Source: Hyaloraphidium curvatum SAG 235-1 (lineage: Eukaryota > Fungi > Monoblepharomycota). From it: a DNA stretch of 64,000 nucleotides. Below, one piece after another: positions 1-12,493 of the stretch. The notes beneath the pieces are model-generated. The model saw only the letters and a list, made by a program, of their open reading frames with translations. It made no database searches and was not told where the DNA came from. The stretch is from positions 124,001 through 188,000 of the forward strand of contig JAIVFI010000032.1 in assembly GCA_025558095.1 (NCBI GenBank), written 5' to 3'. The number at the start of each line of letters is the position of its first letter. Within the stretch, counting starts at the first letter, position 1. A program made the position numbers and the translations under genes.

Positions 1-1015
1 TAGTACCGCAGCTTGAACTGTTCGAGGAGCACGAACGCCATCGTGTTCCACCCCCCGATCCTGGCGTCGGACGACGTCAGCCCCCGCCTCCAATCGGCAC
101 AAGCAGCAGGTTTGCAGCCCACCTGGCAAAGTTGGGGACGAATCCCTTGTAAAATCCCCCCACGCCCTCGTTCTTGAGGATCTTGACGGCGCAGTCCAGC
201 GCCCCCGAAAACTCCTTCTGCCCGCCGACCGTCCGCGAGTTCATCACACGCGTCTTCACGACGTCGATCGGCGAACCGAGGACGGTCGCCGCGAAGCCCG
301 CGGACAGCCCCGCCATGACGTGGGTCGTGGCGGTGTTGGGCAGCCCGGCCCCCAACAGGCTTTCCTTGACCTGGTCGAAGGTGGCCAACTCCGTCGCCTG
401 TCCATAGCGTCAGCCTCGCTTTTGTCGCAGAAAGACCCCCGTAAACCCCACCGAAATGAGCGAATTCCTCAGCAGGTTCGGAACGTACCCCCTCCACAGC
501 CCGCGGATCCCCTCCGTCGCCGCAATCTTCCGGTAGGCGTCCAAAACCCCGCTGTACAGCCTCGGCACCTCCGGCGGCGCCCTCCCCTGCGCCTGCAGCC
601 GCACCTTGACCGTGTCCGCGGGGCTCGCCACGGTGATCCCGATCGCCGAGGTCGTCAGGCCCGCCAGGATCTTCTGCGGCAGCGTGGGCAGCAACCCGGC
701 CTCGACCGCCTCCTTCCCCATGTAAAAGTTGCGCACGGGCTCGTACAGGCCCAAACGCAGGGGCGCAAACACCGCCTGCCGCTGCAGACCGGCCGTGACG
801 CCCCGCCAGAGGCTCGGCAGGCCCTCCTGCCGGGCCATGGTCGCGAGGCAGTCCGCCAGACCCTTGTAGTGCGCCCGGGCCGTCGAGCCCTGGGATTGGA
901 GCTGCAGGCGGACCTTGGCCGTGTCCAGGGGCATGGTCGAGAACTCGGAGATGCCGGCGGCGCCGAGGGACAGCCCGAGGGAGACGCCGACGGGAAGGGG
1001 GGGTTGTTGCGCCAT
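1..1015 (-). CDS. Mitochondrial carrier (SLC25), uncoupling-protein-like; 3 exons, 3' end runs off the window
   Basis: Three carrier signatures (PLDTAKVRLQ, PADTVKVRLQ, PIDVVKTRVM). GT-AG introns at 398-451 and 61-122 join ORFs 410..1015 and 77..388 and give the C-terminal FYKGFVPNFARIGGWNTMAFVLLEQFK, typical of UCPs. Confidence 0.9.
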
Positions 1016-1199
1016 CCCGGCGGCAAGACGGCCGAGAGAATGAGATCAAAGGGCGAAAGGAACGAGAGCCGGCAAAAGCCGGAGGACGGGAAGCGCCGGG
1101 GGGTGGGGGATTTTGTCGCAGCTTTGTTTACGGCGAACAGCTCAAAGACATCACTCGCTTCTCTGCCAGAGAGAAAGCAAACACCGGAATGCTGTCAAT

Positions 1200-4100
1200 C
1201 TATGATTTTCGAACTACAGGCCTAGTGATATGCGTCTCTGAATGCCTCCGCCCCCTTCCCTTTTGTCCATGCCTCACTGCGAAGGCCTTGCTTTGCCCTT
1301 CTGCTTGCTCGACGATGTCTGCTGCGGCGGCTGTATCGGGGGCGGCTGTATCGGCGGCGACGGCTGCTGGGCCGGCATCTGCAGGGGCTGCGGCCGCGGG
1401 GGAGGCTGCCTCGGCGCCTGGGCCGAAGGCTCTCCCTGCCGCTTCGGCGCGGCCCGCCCGAGCGTGCTCAGGGGCAGGTCCTCGTCGCTGTCGTCCACCG
1501 TCGGCTGCTGCTGCGCCTTGAACCGGGACACCGTCGACCGGGGTGCAGCGCTGGTGAACGAACGCACGGTGCCGACCTCGGAAGTGCCCCGGCTGACCCT
1601 CCCGACGGGCACAGGAACGGGGTACATGGCCGGTTGGGCCCACATGGCGGGCTGCACGAGCTGCGGTGCCATCTGCGGCGGTTGCTGTACGTAGCCGTAG
1701 CCGGGAATGAAGACCACCGAGCCCGGAATCAGGGGCGGCATGCTCTGGGGCAGCATGGGCATGCTTTGCATCGCGGGGTACCCCTGCATGGTCGGTGCCA
1801 TCTGCATCGCCGGCATCTGCATCATGGGCTGAAGCGCCGTCTGGATCGGCTGAGAGTACTGCATCGCAGCCTGAAGCTGGGCCTGCGGCACCAGGTTCAC
1901 CTGCGAGGGCGTGTGCTCCAAGACCCGCTCGTGCTGCCTCTGGCGTTCCTTTTCGCGTTCACGCTCGAGCCACGCCATTGCAAGCGAGTTGCGCGCCCGC
2001 ACAGAGGCCGAGTCGTCGAAGTCGTACGGATCCGTGGCCATCGCAGGAACGCTGCCCATCGCGTACGGGTTGGGCAGCGGGGAGCCGTATCCGAGCGCTG
2101 ACTGACCGCCGACGATGGATTGAGGGCCACTCATAGGGGTGGGTACCGCCGAGCCCCCAATGCTCATGCCCGGAATCATCTGGCCATAAGCGGCCTGGTG
2201 AATGCTGGTGGGCCTTGATCCCGGCATGAAGGTGCCGGGCAACTGCGGCTGCCTGTAGACGCCTGCCCTCCTCGGGTCCATGGGGGGCGTTCCCGGGCCG
2301 GCCAACATGTACGCCTGGGGGTACTGGGCGTGCGCCGCGTACGTAGCTTGCGCCATCACATTCTGGCCGACGACCGAAGCCGAATCCTGAGGACCGATCA
2401 TGCTGCGAAGAACGTCAGCGCTACTCGCGGCACCGAACTTCAAATGCTCACTTGAGCGACATTGACGTCGTCTGGTGCACGAGCGGTTTCTCGTCTTCCT
2501 CGCCGTCCGTTTCGTTGCCGGTAACGGGGTTCATGGCTACGCCGGCGACTTGTTCGACAGGGTCCGCTTGCTTGGAGACCTGCACGACGTTGGCGACCTC
2601 CTCGGCAACCTCTTCGTTCGTCGGAGTGTGGAAGTCGGCGGCATCCTCTCCTTGATCGTCTCCTTGCCCTCCAAGATCCTCGGAAACTGCGGGGACGCCG
2701 GCAGGGGCATCCGTCCTTCCTTCCGTGGTAGACTCAATCGTTCCACTGGGCACAACGGTGTCGGCTTCGCTGGGAGCAGAGTCCGGAGCATCTGGTTTGG
2801 CGTCGTTCCTGGTGACCACCGTCAGTTTGATGAGCTTGTCGACGGGAGGCTGGGGTTGGGAGGCGAGCACTGCCTCCTGAGCGGCAGCCAACGAAACCTC
2901 AACGATCGATGCGTTGAGCTCGTCCCTTTCCACGAGCTGGTACTCCCAGTCCCAGACTTGTTGCCCGTCCTCCTGGACGGTAGGGCTCGGGACGGCGACA
3001 AGAACCATGCTGCTCTGCTGCGTTACCGTGAGCATGGGCACTGCAATCGGCGCCACCTCCGTCGGAACGGAGTCCGTCTGGTCGTCAGCAGCCTGGTATT
3101 CTTGCTGGATCAGCTGCTCGATAGTCACGGGCGACCGCGCGTCCTCGGGGTCCTCGTCGCCGTCGGACGAAGAGTCTTCGCCAGCAACCTGCTCGTCTTC
3201 GACAATGCTGGGTGCCGCCTCCGTTGGAATCTCTGGCTGGTCCGCGCTCTGCTGTGTCTCTCCGGCCGCGATCTTGATCGGTGCGACGAACTCGGAAACC
3301 TCTTCTTCCACGATGGTCTGCTTGTGCACGGCAAGAGCCAAAGGAAGGTCCTCCTCCGATTCTTCTGCGCCACCTTCGGCCGCTTCGGTGCCCAGACGCT
3401 GCGGCGAGGTCGCAGGCTGAGGCGCAAGGGAGGCCTGGACGGCAGGCGCGACAGCGGAGGGGGTTGCGAGCCGGAGGGGGGTGGCGCTAGCATAGGAAGC
3501 GGTCGGAGCCCGCTCGGCGAGTGGCGTGTTCATCGTCGACAGGACGTCGGGTCCAGCAGAAAAGGAGAATGCGCCGGGGCTCTTGGGCGACAGGTTCTTG
3601 TTTGCTGCGGCCTCCATGAGCATGGCAATCTCGTAGGCCCGACGCACGGCCTCGTCGACTTTGCTTGACGGCTTGCGTGGCGAGCGACTGGTGCCCGACT
3701 TGACTCTCTTCATCTGATCGGATGCCTTGCCGAAGCTGGGGATCCTGAGTCCTACGTCGGCGTTTAGGCCGCTCGACAACCATTCCGACCATCGCTTTTG
3801 GACCTTCTGGATCCAATCCTGTTCCGAGTCGTTGCTTTGGCCAATGATGCGCCGTTTTTCGGCAATTAGGGCAAGCAGCTCTGCCTTCGGTGCCATGGTA
3901 GGAAGGCTCCGCAGGAAAGGAAGGAAAGCCACCAGCTCCGCGACCGACAGCCACAGCTGGGATCCTTCCGAATCGACCGCACAGTCCTCCATGTCGGCAT
4001 TGGCGTGAAGCAGAGCATGACCCGGCGCGCTTGCGGATCCGCAGATGGAAAGCACCAGACGTGCCAGATCTTGCACGGTGGGCAGCATAAAGAGCACGAA

Positions 4101-5703
4101 CGGCGCGGATGGCGACGTCGAGAAGGGGCGCCTTTCGCGCCTTCCGGGGGAAGCCGGAGGGTGCAACAGGTCCCAACGGACGCGGATGTTGTCCGCCTCC
4201 ACCTTGACTACGCCGGGTCCCATCACGAGCTCCGCCCTCCCCGGGTACAGAGCAAACGCCGAGTAGCAGCCCTGTCCAAGGACAATCAAATCATGCCATA
4301 AGAGAAGTCGAGGTTGCCAACACACCTGAATGACAATGATCGGGTCGCGGTTCTTCTTCAAGTCCTTCTTGTCGCTGTAGAGAGCAATGCGGGCGACATG
4401 GAACTAATGGATCGGCGGAATGTTAACGAGGACCACGTCGAGCCAAAGACGAGCTCACAGTGTCCGAATGACCAGGGCGCGGGCTTTTGGGGGCGGAAAG
4501 GAAACGGCCAAAGATGCTCGACGTGTCCTTGCCGTCCCCGGATTTGCCAGAAACCGCGGAAGGGGCCAGCGAAGCCATGTCCGCACTGCGCCGATCGACC
4601 GTGGAGCGCGGCGTGGCCTCGAGCTTATCGTCACCCGCGGTCACCACGCACCAGAACCTGGGGTCCGGGCCCGTCGCGTAAGTTGCGATCCATCGCCAAA
4701 AGGCACTGCTGCTCACCGGCTCCACTCCGTCTCGTACGTGACCCGAGCCAGAAGCCAGCCCTGTTGCAGGATCTCACCGGGTTTCTGTGAGGGCATGAGT
4801 TGAGCTTCGAAGAGGTCATGGTCGACCACGACGACCCACAGCTCGGTTGGTGGGTGCCATCGTCGTTCGGTCGACTCCCAAATCAGACCAGGCAGACTTC
4901 GACACCGCCGGGCGTTGGAGGAGACGGAAAGTGAAGGCCTCGCACAGCCTGGCGAACTCGAATTGCGCAAGGCGAATGGCGAAGAGCCAGCCGTCCCTCA
5001 TGTGCACAGTTGGGCAGCCGAGCGTGTAGAGGTTGCACCCGGCACTGGTCATGTGGAAGCGGTGGGCAAAGCGCGCATCCGGAGGCACGTCTGTCGGAGA
5101 ACGAGCAGTACTGGAAGCCGGAGTGAGGGTTTGCGCATCCGAGTTCTCCGTGATGGTGCTCATTGGCGACGAGATTGCTTGAGAGTGCCGTTCGCCGTGA
5201 TCCGGCACGACCGTTGTGCAGCCGTCAGTAATGTTGATGTAGTTCGGAACCGGCTGCTTCTCCTTGATGGCCGCGACGAGGTCCGCCGACGGGGGCCCGG
5301 CGGTCGCTTTCTGGAGGTCCTCGTCGGCCGCGCCCCAGAACTGCATCACGCTTCCGCGGAGCTCGACCCACCACGAGGTCCAGACGTCCTCGCGATCCTT
5401 CAAGGCAATCTTCCGCCCGTGCGAATCGAGGTCGCGGCGTTTGAAGACGACGCCCGAAAAGTAGAGCTTCTCATTGTGCGCCTGGAAGAAGGGCAGCAGA
5501 GCCTGCAGGTCGGTAACGTCGATGGCTTTCGGCGCAACGCGGGGAGCTTCGGCTCGCCAGCTGGTCTGAAGGCGCAGCTGCCCGGCAGTTCCGGAATCCG
5601 AGGCAGGAGAGATGTCAATTGGAGTCGCCGACGGCGTCGCCAAGGGCGGCGAGTCGCCAGGACCCGTCCCGGTCCCGAGGGTCCCCTCGACAACTGCAGC
5701 CAT
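1200..5703 (-). CDS. Skg3/Caf120-like PH-domain protein with acidic and Pro/Gln/Met-rich C-terminal regions; multi-exon
   Basis: ORF 4816..5703 has LYFSGVVFKRRDLDSHGRK...WTSWWVELRGSVMQFW...PNYINITD. ORF 2448..4361 has SAFALYPGRAELV. The segments are linked to 1274..2443 by short GT-AG introns. The 3' end (TAG at 1200-1202) is inferred. Confidence 0.7.
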
Positions 5704-6224
5704 GAAGGGTAGGCAGAAATCAACCGGAGCCGGCCTGCAATGTCAGGTGTTCGGTCCGTCGCCGCAGTATCGGGTGGCACGTGCCGAAGACCGATTGCCG
5801 TTCGCCCGGTCAGACGCGAGACGAATGCCCGGCCTCTGTCGATTTCGATAGCCGGTAGTCCGATTCAAGCGAGAGCGGGCCGCTTTGTCGCTCGGGAGCC
5901 CACGCCGGCGCTGCCGACGATTGTTTGGACCACCCGCCGACGAGGCCCGGCACTCCCAATCCGAAGCGCTGGGACGGGGCCCAGAGCCCGGAAATCGAAG
6001 GAAGCGTCGATGCACAAGTCACCCGATCTCAGGAAGCACGGATGGCGGTGCACTGCGGGCGGAAGCTCGCAGGGCTTCGAAACTCCGAACCGATGGCGGC
6101 CCCGCTTGCTTGGCCGCTCGACAAACAACACCCGAATCTTCCCTCCACACCTCTCATCTATGCGTCTAGAAATAGAGCTACGAGACAAAAAGACATAGTG
6201 TCGCAGGAGATTGTCCGTTTTGCG

Positions 6225-9006
6225 TCAGAGATCGTCCTCGAATCCGCCGTCCGAAGAAAGCGCAGCAAAGAGGCTCGCCAACTCACGCCGCCGCGGGCTC
6301 TGGGCCGTCTTGGCGACTGCTTCGGCGACGATCTTGGGCGGTGTGGAGCGTGTCGACGCAGAGTACTCCGATGGTGGGGTTCGGGCCCCGTCGGGAAGAC
6401 TCGCCCTCTTCTGGGACCCGCCCGACAGGCGGCTCCTGTGCTGAGCGAAGCTGTCGGGCAGATGGTGATACTTGCTCCTGCGGTGCGGGCAGTGGCTGGC
6501 TCGCCCAGCTTTCTTCAGGCGGCTTGACCTCCTGATTCCGGGGTGCAGTCCCTCCTCGCCGCCATCTTCGTTGTCGCTCGGGCAGCACGAAGTGTGCAGG
6601 CTGGCCGACTTTGAGGACTTGGTCGGCGTCGTCCGTGCCGATGACCACGCAGAATAGGGCACGGAAGGGAGATGGTCGTCCGCGGCCTCGTCTCGGGGCT
6701 GCGGAACCTGCAAAAGATCGGTGGTCTGTCGTCGGGGCATGAAGTGCAGCATGAGGCCGTTGAGGGCACCGCGGATGCGGTTGATGGCCGTAACGGAGTC
6801 AAGAAGAAGGCTGGGTCCTGTTTCCGTGTGCGATGTTGGGGCAACAGCCGCGTTCCCGCATGCGAGCTCGTCCGAAAGGTCCCGCAGCTCCTTGAAGCGT
6901 CCGAGGTCCGGGATGTCGGACACGTCGACCCACTCCAAGCGCCCGCAGATGTTGAGAAAGCTCCTGATGTTGCCTGCCGAGAATTGCGTGTTCATCTGGA
7001 GGCTTATCTTGCGCAGCGAGCGGTAAAGGCCCATGAGAGAGAAAAGCGTCAGGTCCGTGAGCTGCGGATTGCGCGCTAGATGCAACGCCCGCAAGTTGGT
7101 GCACGTGTTGCAGACCAGCTTGACGGTGTCGTCGGTGAGCCTGCCCCTGCCTCCAACGCGGTGCGAGATCGCATTGTCCGAGAGGTCCAGCACCACAAGC
7201 TTCTGCGACAGCATGCGGGAAACAGAGGACATGGGCAACGGCGTGTGCGACAAGAATAGGGTCCGAATGTCCTGGGAAGCCTTGAGATCCCGGAACTGTG
7301 CGACGGTCGAATCCGATAGGCCCAAACAGTGCGAGACCTTTAGGACATCGAGGGCTGGGTTGGAGACCGTCACGACTTGCAGAACCGCGACCGTCAAGAA
7401 AGGTAGGCCAGACATGTTGAGAGACTTCAACGACCTGAAAGACTCCCCTCTCGGGTAAGAAGCGGGCCCAACGGGCAAGAGAGGCTCCAGGTCGTCCAGG
7501 AGGCGTATGCCGGCGATGTTCAGCGTCTCCAAGGTCTGCATGTTCCGCCTGTGGATGACCAAGGCACCAAAGACTGTTGCGGCACGCAGGTTCTCGAGCT
7601 GCTCCAAATCCAGCTCCTTCAATGCGGGGCAAGCTTCCGCGACACGGGCAACAGCTGCATCAGTCAGGCCCTTACAACGTCCCAGCTTGAGGGAAACCAA
7701 ATGGTTCCCTAGATGCTGCACAATGCGGAAAATGTGTCGGTCAGAAACACCGCAACATCCGGAAAAGTCAAGGCGCTTCAAAACGCGGTCCTTGACAGCG
7801 AAGACCGAGTCGTCCAGCAAGAGATCAAAGAAAGCGTTGTCGACGGCCTGGCAGTCTCTGAGCACCAGAGTGTGCAGCCGCGTGCACCCTTCGCGCAGTA
7901 GCGTTGCCAATCCATCGAGCTGCGACGCATTGGAGAGGTTCAGACTCTGAAGCCGATAGCATCTGGTGAAAGCGGAAAGCTCCAGTGGAACGGCCGCGCC
8001 ATTCTCCGAAAAAGCGCCGGAGAGGTCCAAATGCCGGATGGAGTGAGCTGCCGACAACACGAGGCCGCCGACATGCGTCTTCTGCAGCCGCGACAGCAGG
8101 CTGGCCGCCTTTTCCATGGTCCGGGGCCGCGGGTTCTGGTAAGCGATGCCGGCCGCCAGAATATAGAGCCGGCGGTTGAGGAAGAGAACGGGATAGAGAG
8201 CGTTGCCCGTCGACGGAGCATAGCGTTTCCGACGCCCTTGAACGAGCTTCAGGACTGCGTTTCGGAAGAGTTAGTTAGTTCGTCGCGTTGCGGGAGGCCA
8301 GGCACGCACTCTGGGTCAAGACCTCATCGGGCAAGCTTTCCAGAGTCACCCTCTGGATGGTGTCCTCGTCCTCGAATGCCTTATTGTTGGCCGACTTTTT
8401 CCGACGGTGAAACGCGGCCGAGGTCGGCGCCGGAAGGGCGACCCGACTACTGCTCGCGGAAGGAGTCCTCGGTTGCAGCGTAGGAGGGGGCGGAGGCAGG
8501 GAAAAGGGTGTGGCAAGCTGGACCGGGAGCCGCGGGTGGTCATTCAAACCGCCGGCATGGGCGTCGTCGTTGTCCGTGACGAAGAGCGCCTGTCGGGGCA
8601 CTCGGCTCGTTCCGGCGAGCGAAGAGGGCCACACCGACGACGAGCTGGGATCTGCCTGTCCCGCGTAGGCACCGAAAAGACCCGGCGTTCCGGTAGCGGC
8701 CAGCGGGGTCGGCTGTTCGGGCGTCCACAGGTCCCGCGCCGTGGAGCGGCCCAGAGACCACGAGCCCCGCGAGCCGCCCGAAGCGGGCACGAAACCGCGC
8801 GGCTCTGCGCCTTGCCCCGCTTTCGGTGTGATCTCCGTGCGGCCGGAGCTGAGAGGCGGCCTTCCGGCGGAGAAGGCGGCACCCCAGGCGTCGTCCCCGT
8901 CCGCGACGGTGCCCTCCGAGAGGAGCTCTTCGCCGAGGGAGAGCGGAGCCCAGCCGCCGCGGTGCGCGCCGCCCAGCATGTCGGGCGCGGTTGCGGCGGT
9001 GTGCAC
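6225..9006 (-). CDS. F-box / leucine-rich-repeat (RNI-like) protein
   Basis: Intron 8255-8309 joins LESLPDEVLTQ|ILKLV (F-box) to the 630-aa ORF carrying Cys-containing LRRs (LDFSGCCGVSD, LKLGRCKGLTD, LHLARNPQLTD). Confidence 0.85.
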
Positions 9007-9935
9007 TCCCTACGGTGGGCGGCGAGTGGTGACAGCTGACAGGTGCGGTACGCTTCGTACGGAAGGCCACGGTCACCGGTGTGCGCGACCCCCGAGGTCC
9101 CACCGCAGGGATACCCACTGCACACTCGATCCGCGAGGTCCAACTACGCAGACGGGCTTTTCCCACTCGTGTTGTTGCGATCCGAGGGTGGAAGCGGCGC
9201 GAGACCAACTTTTGCCGGCACTGAATTCGAGGACGCAAGAGCGGGGATTCCTCGGTCCCATCCCTCATGAGACGGCGCTTCCAGTAGACCTCAAGGTAGA
9301 ACTCTTGTGAGTGACATTTGCTTCAATCAAGCTATTCTTTCCTCGTGGGAATTGCTCCTTTGGCAACTGTCCGCTGGCCGTAGCGGATCCCTCGAAAGAG
9401 AAGACGTCCAAGTCCAGCAAATTGCTCGGTTCTCAACTTGACATCTTTTATTTTGCCATTTACGGGATGCAACTGGATTCTGGTCCTGCATGTCATCCCT
9501 GGCGCCGTCGCCCTCCGTTTGCATTTGTAGCGATGATACCCGGGCTGATCTTTGAAGTTGGTGAAACCAGAACTTGAAACTGAAAGCATCCGTCTGAATC
9601 GAATGCCATCGCTAGGCAAATGGCCTCATGGCCGTGAGGGACACTCGGGTGGGATGACCGCTCAGTTCCGCACCCATCATCGGCCTTGCTGCGTCAGACG
9701 CACTCATCTAGATGATTTGACGCTGCAATCGAAAGATTTCGATGAATTCGCCAGTGTATCCGCGGGGATCGGGTGCGGCCACTGCCCTTCCGCCATTCCG
9801 TGTCCTAGCAAGGGTCTCCAAGACCCTGAGCTTCCACTCCTCGACTCTTTTGGCAATCGCTACCTGCCGGTCGCAGCGTCGTCTCTCCTCAAAAGTCCTC
9901 TCTCTCTTTCTCGCCCCGTCCCGTCACCCGTGAAA

Positions 9936-10977
9936 ATGTCCGAGGAGAAGCGCACCCTCACCGCCGAGGTGAGAAACATGGGACAGTGTTTCGCGGCAGC
10001 CATCGCCGTCGCCCCGCTGCATTCGGGGTTCCGCTTGTGCGAACAAGTTCATCGGCACCGGCGGATAGGCCTCTGTGGAGCGGCCATGGGAAACCGCCTG
10101 TAGGAGGCCGATTCTGACCTCGTCCCTGCTCGGCCTCCCAGCACGACACCATCTCGGTGTTCCAGGGGCTCAAGACCCTGCCCTGCCGTTTCCGGACTGC
10201 CCTCTGCCCCGACAAGTGCGGCCACTCCAAGGAGAGCGCGTTGTTCGAGGTCAAGTCCTACAACAACGAGGTCGCGGACCACGACACCCGCGTCGGCTTC
10301 GCCTCGGCCGACATCGACGCGGCCTCGCTCGACGTTATCAAGGGGCTGAAGGAGGGCGATGAGGTCCACCTCGTGTGGAAGTTGGTGTCCGCTTCAATCG
10401 ACCCTCGCCATGTTCTGATCGAATGATTCCGCCTCCAGGCACGAGAAGGTCGAGAGGCCCGGCTACTCTGGCGGCGAGCGCACCCTCACCAAAGTTGCGC
10501 CTTCCGGAGGCGCTTCGGCGGCCAGCGCCGAGAAGCGGACACTGATCGCTGAGGTATTGACAATCGGGAATGATTCTGGTCGATCGTCCGCTCATTCAGC
10601 CCTGGGCGCCAGCACGACACGATCTCCGAATTCGAGGGCATTAAGACCACTCCCTGCCGCTTCCGGACTGCCCTCTGCCCAGACAAGTGCGGCCACGCCA
10701 AGGAGGGCGCCCTGTTCTCGATCAAGAGCTACAACAACAAGGTCGACAACGAGGAAACCAAGGTCGGGTTCGAGGTCGCCGACATAGACGCCGAGTCCCT
10801 CGCCGTCCTCAAGGGCTTGAAGGAGGGCGACTCCGTTCACCTCGTCTGGAAGTGGGTTTCTAGAGCCCGGATCTCGATCGCCCGTGCTAATCTTGGCTGC
10901 GAACCAGGCACGAGAAGGTTGAGACGCCCACCTTCTCCGGCGGCGAGCGCACCATCACCAAGGTCGCCAAGAAGTAA
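9936..10977 (+). CDS. Uncharacterised two-module protein with C-x6-CPDxCGH motifs (gene A, 231 aa)
   Basis: Exons 9936-9968, 10142-10380, 10439-10553, 10613-10851 and 10908-10977 are all GT-AG bounded and total 696 nt in frame. There are two internal repeats (PCRFRTALCPDKCGH...HLVWKHEKVE). Confidence 0.9.
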
Positions 10978-11274
10978 GAAGTAGAGCCCCGAGGCGCTGG
11001 CGTTACCTGGTATCCGCCGTACCGCACGGAAGAAAAAGAATCCATGTGTCACGGCATCTGGGGCAAACGCCTGCCCAAAGTGAGCCATTTTCTCGCTTCG
11101 ATGTATCTTTGTTGCGCCCGGCAGCGCGAGTTTCCGGAGTGGCCGTCGCTTCGGATTCAAGGGTCCAAAGACACCCTGAAATCGAATCAGCGCGCAACCT
11201 CTCCCGAAGAGAGCCGCCGCCGCCTTCTCTTCTCCAGCCTTAGCCTTCTTCCAACTGAATACCATCTCTACTCG

Positions 11275-12435
11275 ATGGCTGAGGAGAAGCGGACTCTCAT
11301 CGCGGAGGTGCGTGCCGTGGCGGGGTTCGGTGGGTGGAGGTGGAGGCTCCTTGCTGGCGACACACAATGCATTCGGGCCTCAAGGGCCTTATGGAATGTT
11401 CTCTTAGGCTCATCAGAGTGCCTACCATGGCTTTGGACACCCCAAGGCCGGCGGAAGTGCCGATTCGGCGCTCTCGGTTCCGGGCAACGTTCTAACTCCG
11501 GCCCGGCTCTGTCTTCTTCGTGTCCACTCCCCATACAGCACGACACCGTCGCGGTGTTCCATGGGACCAAGAAACCCCCCTGCCGCTTCAAGACCGCCCT
11601 CTGCCCCGACCAGTGCGGACACTCCAAGGAGAGCGCGATGTTCGAGGTCACTTCTTACCACAACGACGTCTCCGACCACATGCACCACATCGCCTTCCCG
11701 ACCGCGGAGATCAACGAGGCTTCGCTCGCAGTCATCAAGAAGCTGAAGGATGGCGAGGAGGTCCACCTCGTCTTCAAGTGGGTGCCGATGCCCAGCTTTG
11801 CTTCCGTTGCTGATCGAGCCGCGCAGACACGAGAAGGTGGAGAAGCCCGGCTTCTCCGGTGGCGAGCGCACCATCACCAAGGTCGAACCTGCCAGCGCAT
11901 CGGCGGCTGCGACCGAGAGCCGCGAGCTCCTGGCGACCCACCAGACGATATCGGAGTTTGAGGGCGTTACGGAGCGGAAATGCATGCATATGACGTCCTT
12001 GTGCCCCGACAAGTGCGGGCACGGCGGTGCTGTGGCTGTTTTCAAGGTTCTGGGGTGTAAGTCGCATGTCCATCGTTTGCGTCGAAAATCGCTGACCTTA
12101 CCGTGCTCTGAACCCGAAACAGACACGAACTACGAGAAGCCTGGCAAGTACGGCGACGAGAAGCAGCAGCGCTTCCACGTCAAGCTCGCAGGCATCGGGG
12201 CCGAGAAGAACGCCGACGTGGTCGCCAAGATCAAGGCGCTCAAGCCGAACGACAAGGTGGGTCTTCCACGACACAGGTCGCGATTCTCCTGACATCCTCC
12301 GGTGAGGTGGTGCTCGACTGGAACCACGACTATGTCACGAGGGGCGGATCCAAGAGCCCCGAGCGCCCGGTCGTCAAGCTGGAGCCCATCTCGGCCGAGG
12401 CTGCCACCGAGGCTCTCGCCAAGACCACGGACTAA
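11275..12435 (+). CDS. Uncharacterised two-module protein with C-x6-CPDxCGH motifs (gene B, about 254 aa), tandem paralogue of gene A
   Basis: Exons 11275-11307, 11539-11777, 11827-12056, 12123-12256 and 12307-12435 total 765 nt in frame. Motifs are PCRFKTALCPDQCGH and KCMHMTSLCPDKCGH...YEKPGKYGD...LDWNHDYV...PERPV. Confidence 0.85.
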
Positions 12436-12493
12436 GCTGGCGCCAACGAGCGCGATCATGCTGGCCAATGCTGCTGTGTATTGGCAAGCCTCA

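Noticed and set aside
9270-9900. Lower-GC intergenic segment as a possible ncRNA or snoRNA
   Set aside because: No convincing box or stem architecture. More simply a divergent promoter region.
9936-12435. Selenocysteine or recoding in the Cys-motif genes
   Set aside because: All motif positions are TGC codons, and the apparent stops are removed by ordinary introns.
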